Part shown: positions 51,474 to 64,000 of the stretch, piece by piece
Layout: the number at the start of each line of letters is the position of its first letter
Numbering within the stretch: position 1 is the first letter of the stretch
Assembly (NCBI RefSeq): GCF_009914755.1
Contig: NC_060932.1
Direction: 5' to 3' (one strand)
DNA length: 64,000 bases
Source: the human T2T-CHM13v2.0 reference genome, Homo sapiens
Translations under genes and position numbers: made by a program
Notes under the pieces: generated by a model
Databases searched by the model: none
What the model was told of the DNA's origin: nothing
The model's input: the letters and a program-made list of their open reading frames with translations, nothing else

Positions 51474-52141
51474 GTAAGTTACTTAATCATTCTGAGTTTG
51501 AATTTTTTCACCTGGCATATGGCAATGAAAATACGTATATCTCAGATCTACTATGAGGACTTGCGGAGGTAAATAAAGCACATAAACCCTTAGCACAATG
51601 CTAGGTGCATAATAGATGCTTCATAAGTGAGAATTATCATTATTTTAGTTCAGTGTCTATAGGACCCTTTTAGATTGTATAAGGTCTGCTTTCACAATTT
51701 CCTTTCAATGGGTAGACTCGAATACCCAAGCCTCCTCTGGAATGCTACTCTGGAAAGTTAAGTGCTTATGAGTGTCTTACTTTTTTTTTTTTAACCATTT
51801 TTAAAGCAAAAATTTCTACTTTCCTTTTTTATGACCAAAGAGTCATTTAAAGAAGAAGAGTGCTCTTATCCTCTTGATTTCCAAAGAGAGTTTAAGATGC
51901 TTTTTGTGTGCTTATGGACAAATGTATTACTCTACATTATAAGTTGAATATTACATATTATTCATTATATAGAACCCCATCTAGCAAGACAGGCACAGTT
52001 TAAAACAGATCAATAGTGTGAACTAAAAACTAAAACTTATAAAAATACCTATATTATGCCCCCAAATTGATCTAAATTTTATAGCAAGAATATAGTCTTT
52101 GTAAGTAATTTTTAAAAATGTTCATTTTTTTTTATTTTCAG

Positions 52142-52210
52142 CTCTTTTAGTGTGGCATGGCAGAAAGAACAATGTATATGCCCACACAAATACCTGCTGA
52201 TGGAGATACA
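52142..52210 (+). pseudogene. SEPTIN14: SEPTIN14-like first coding exon (probable SEPTIN14 paralogue/pseudogene fragment)
   Basis: Acceptor TTTTTTTTTATTTTCAG, 15-nt UTR, strong-Kozak ATG at 52157. Encodes MAERTMYMPTQIPADGDT versus the recalled septin-14 N-terminus MAERTMAMPTQIPADGDT. Donor is GTTAAG. Confidence 0.8.
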
Positions 52211-52564
52211 GTTAAGTATATCTTTCAAATATAACTCTGCATTTTGTACTTCAACAAGATTACATACCTTCAAAATATTGACTTGTTAAACTGATGTAGG
52301 CATAGATGATGAGGTCTCGTTTGTTATGTTTGGGCATGAATTAGCTTTTATATTAATTGGAGAATATCAATGGTGATTTAGATAATTGGTTACATGTTTT
52401 TTGAGTCTGACAACCTTGTTAGTAGTGCAAAAGACTATTTCTATTTAACACCAAAAATACTCAAAGTAAAACTTCTGAATCTCCCAATCAGTGAGAACAA
52501 CAGTACTGTTTTGATGGATATATTTTCAGAACATATGCATTGACAACAAATAATTTTTTAGTGA

Positions 52565-55371
<2,807 letters not shown>

Positions 55372-55524
55372 TGAAACTCCAAATCTTTAATTTTTTTCAC
55401 ATAATGTTTTAACTTAAGTTCTGTTATGACCCTAGTCACTCTTCTTTGAGTCCCTTCCTTCACTTCTTTTCTCCCTCTCTCCCTCCCTTCCTCTCTTCCT
55501 CCCATTCTTTTTTTTTTCTACTAT

Positions 55525-56215
55525 AAATAGAACTATCAATTATGTAATACAGAAATCCCACTACTGGGTCTATATCCAAAGGAAAGAAAATCAGTATACA
55601 GAATAGATATCTGCACCCTCATGTTTATTGCGACACTATTCACAATAGCAAAGATACGGAATCAACATAAGCGTCCATCAATGGGTAAATAGATTTTTTA
55701 AAAAGTATGTATACACAATGGAATACTACTTGGCTACAAAAAGAATGGAATTATGTCATTTGCAGCAACATAAATGGAACTGAAGGTCATTATGTTAAAT
55801 GAAATAAAACAGGTGCAGAAAGGCAAATATCGCGTGTTCTCACTCATATGTGGACGATATCAAAATTGATCTTGCGGAGGTAGAGAGTAGAATGACAGCT
55901 ACCAGAGGCTGAGAAGGGTGGTGGGGGAATGAAGAGAGGTTGGTTAATGGGTGCAAACATACAGTTAGGTGGAAGAAATGCGTTCTAATGTTGGATAGCA
56001 GAGCATGAAGATCATAGTTAATAACAGTTTATTGTATATTTCAAAATAGCTAGAAAAGAGGACTTGAAATGTTCCCAACACTAGAAGTGAGAAACACGTG
56101 AGGTGATGGACACCCCAAATACCCTGACTTGATCATTACACCTTCCATGCATGTAACAAAATACCACATGTACCCCATAAATATGTATAAATATTATTTA
56201 ACAATAAAAATACAT
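55525..56215 (+). mobile_element. L1MA4-like 3' end
   Basis: L1MA 3' UTR (GAGGTAGAGAGTAGAATG...GAGGTGATGGACACCCCAAATACCCTGACTTGATC). Confidence 0.75.
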
Positions 56216-56596
56216 TGCTCAAGTTTCTTCTAGCTTGGAGATTTCTGAATAGAAACAGTGTAATGATGATTTTTGCTCCTCCGTATTTAATGTATATTTT
56301 TTTCTCCGTTTAGCTTTAACATTTTATCTTTGCCTTCTGGTCTTACCAGTTTGAATATAGTGTCTTGTTGCTTTTGTTGTTATTGTTGTTTTTATTCATC
56401 CTGATTTGATTTTCTCTGAACTGGTATTTGTGGTTTGGTGTTTGTTATTAATCCTTCCTAAATTATTGATCATTATTTACAAATATTTCTTCTGCCTTGT
56501 TCTGTCTCTTTTCTCCCTCTGAGATTCTAACAATGCTTATCTTAGCATGTTTGATTATATCACAGAACTCTTGGATATTGTGTTCTATTCTTTTTT

Positions 56597-56929
56597 TTAT
56601 TATTATTATACTTCAAGTTTTAGGGTACATGTACACAACGTGCAGGTTAGTTACATATGTATACATGTGCCATGTTGGTGTGCTGCACCCATTAACTCAT
56701 CATTTAGCATTAGTTATGTCACCTAATGCTATCCCTCCCCCCTCCCTCCACCCCACAACAGTCCCTGGTGTGTGATGTTCCCCTTCCTGTGTCCATGTGT
56801 TCTCATTGTTCAATTCCCACCCATAAGTGAGAACATGCGGTGTTTGGTTTTTTGTCCTTACAATAGTTTTCTGAGAATGATGGTTTCCAGCTTCATCCAT
56901 GTCCCTACAAAGGACATGAACTCATCATT
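56597..56929 (-). mobile_element. short L1PA3/4-like 3' end
   Basis: Antisense 3' UTR flanked by the TSD TTCTATTCTTTTTT (56583-56596 and 56930-56943). Confidence 0.88.
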
Positions 56930-56944
56930 TTCTATTCTTTTTTA

Positions 56945-64000
<7,056 letters not shown>

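Overview
Primate (human-like) genomic DNA, almost entirely repeats, with no complete protein-coding gene. Left to right: (1) 1-14.2 kb, old LTR/L2/MIR relics and a 4.6-kb twin-primed (5'-inverted) L1PA3-like element; (2) ~14.2-31.3 kb, a complex beta-satellite (Sau3A/BSR-like) block with nested structure: ~70-75-bp monomers and shorter-period spacer modules, a ~4.8-kb higher-order unit, and a younger ~11.4-kb duplication. The block holds an unusual TSD-flanked insertion made of an L1 3' end, a 229-bp copy of nearby satellite and a (GAAA)n tail; (3) 31.3-36.5 kb, an internally deleted HERV-K(HML-5)/LTR22 provirus with a tRNA-Met PBS and no target-site duplication; (4) 36.8-55.4 kb, an Alu-dense segment carrying what look like exons 1-2 of a SEPTIN14 paralogue (MAERTMYMPTQIPADGDT); (5) 56.9-64 kb, a near full-length L1PB on the minus strand. 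The mix suggests a pericentromeric segmental-duplication mosaic (inference). I found no convincing new gene system. The most unusual items are structural: the L1/satellite chimeric insertion, the satellite hierarchy, the TSD-less provirus junction and several fold-back/template-switch scars. Subfamily names come from recalled consensus motifs, and identities are by-eye estimates unless stated as counted.
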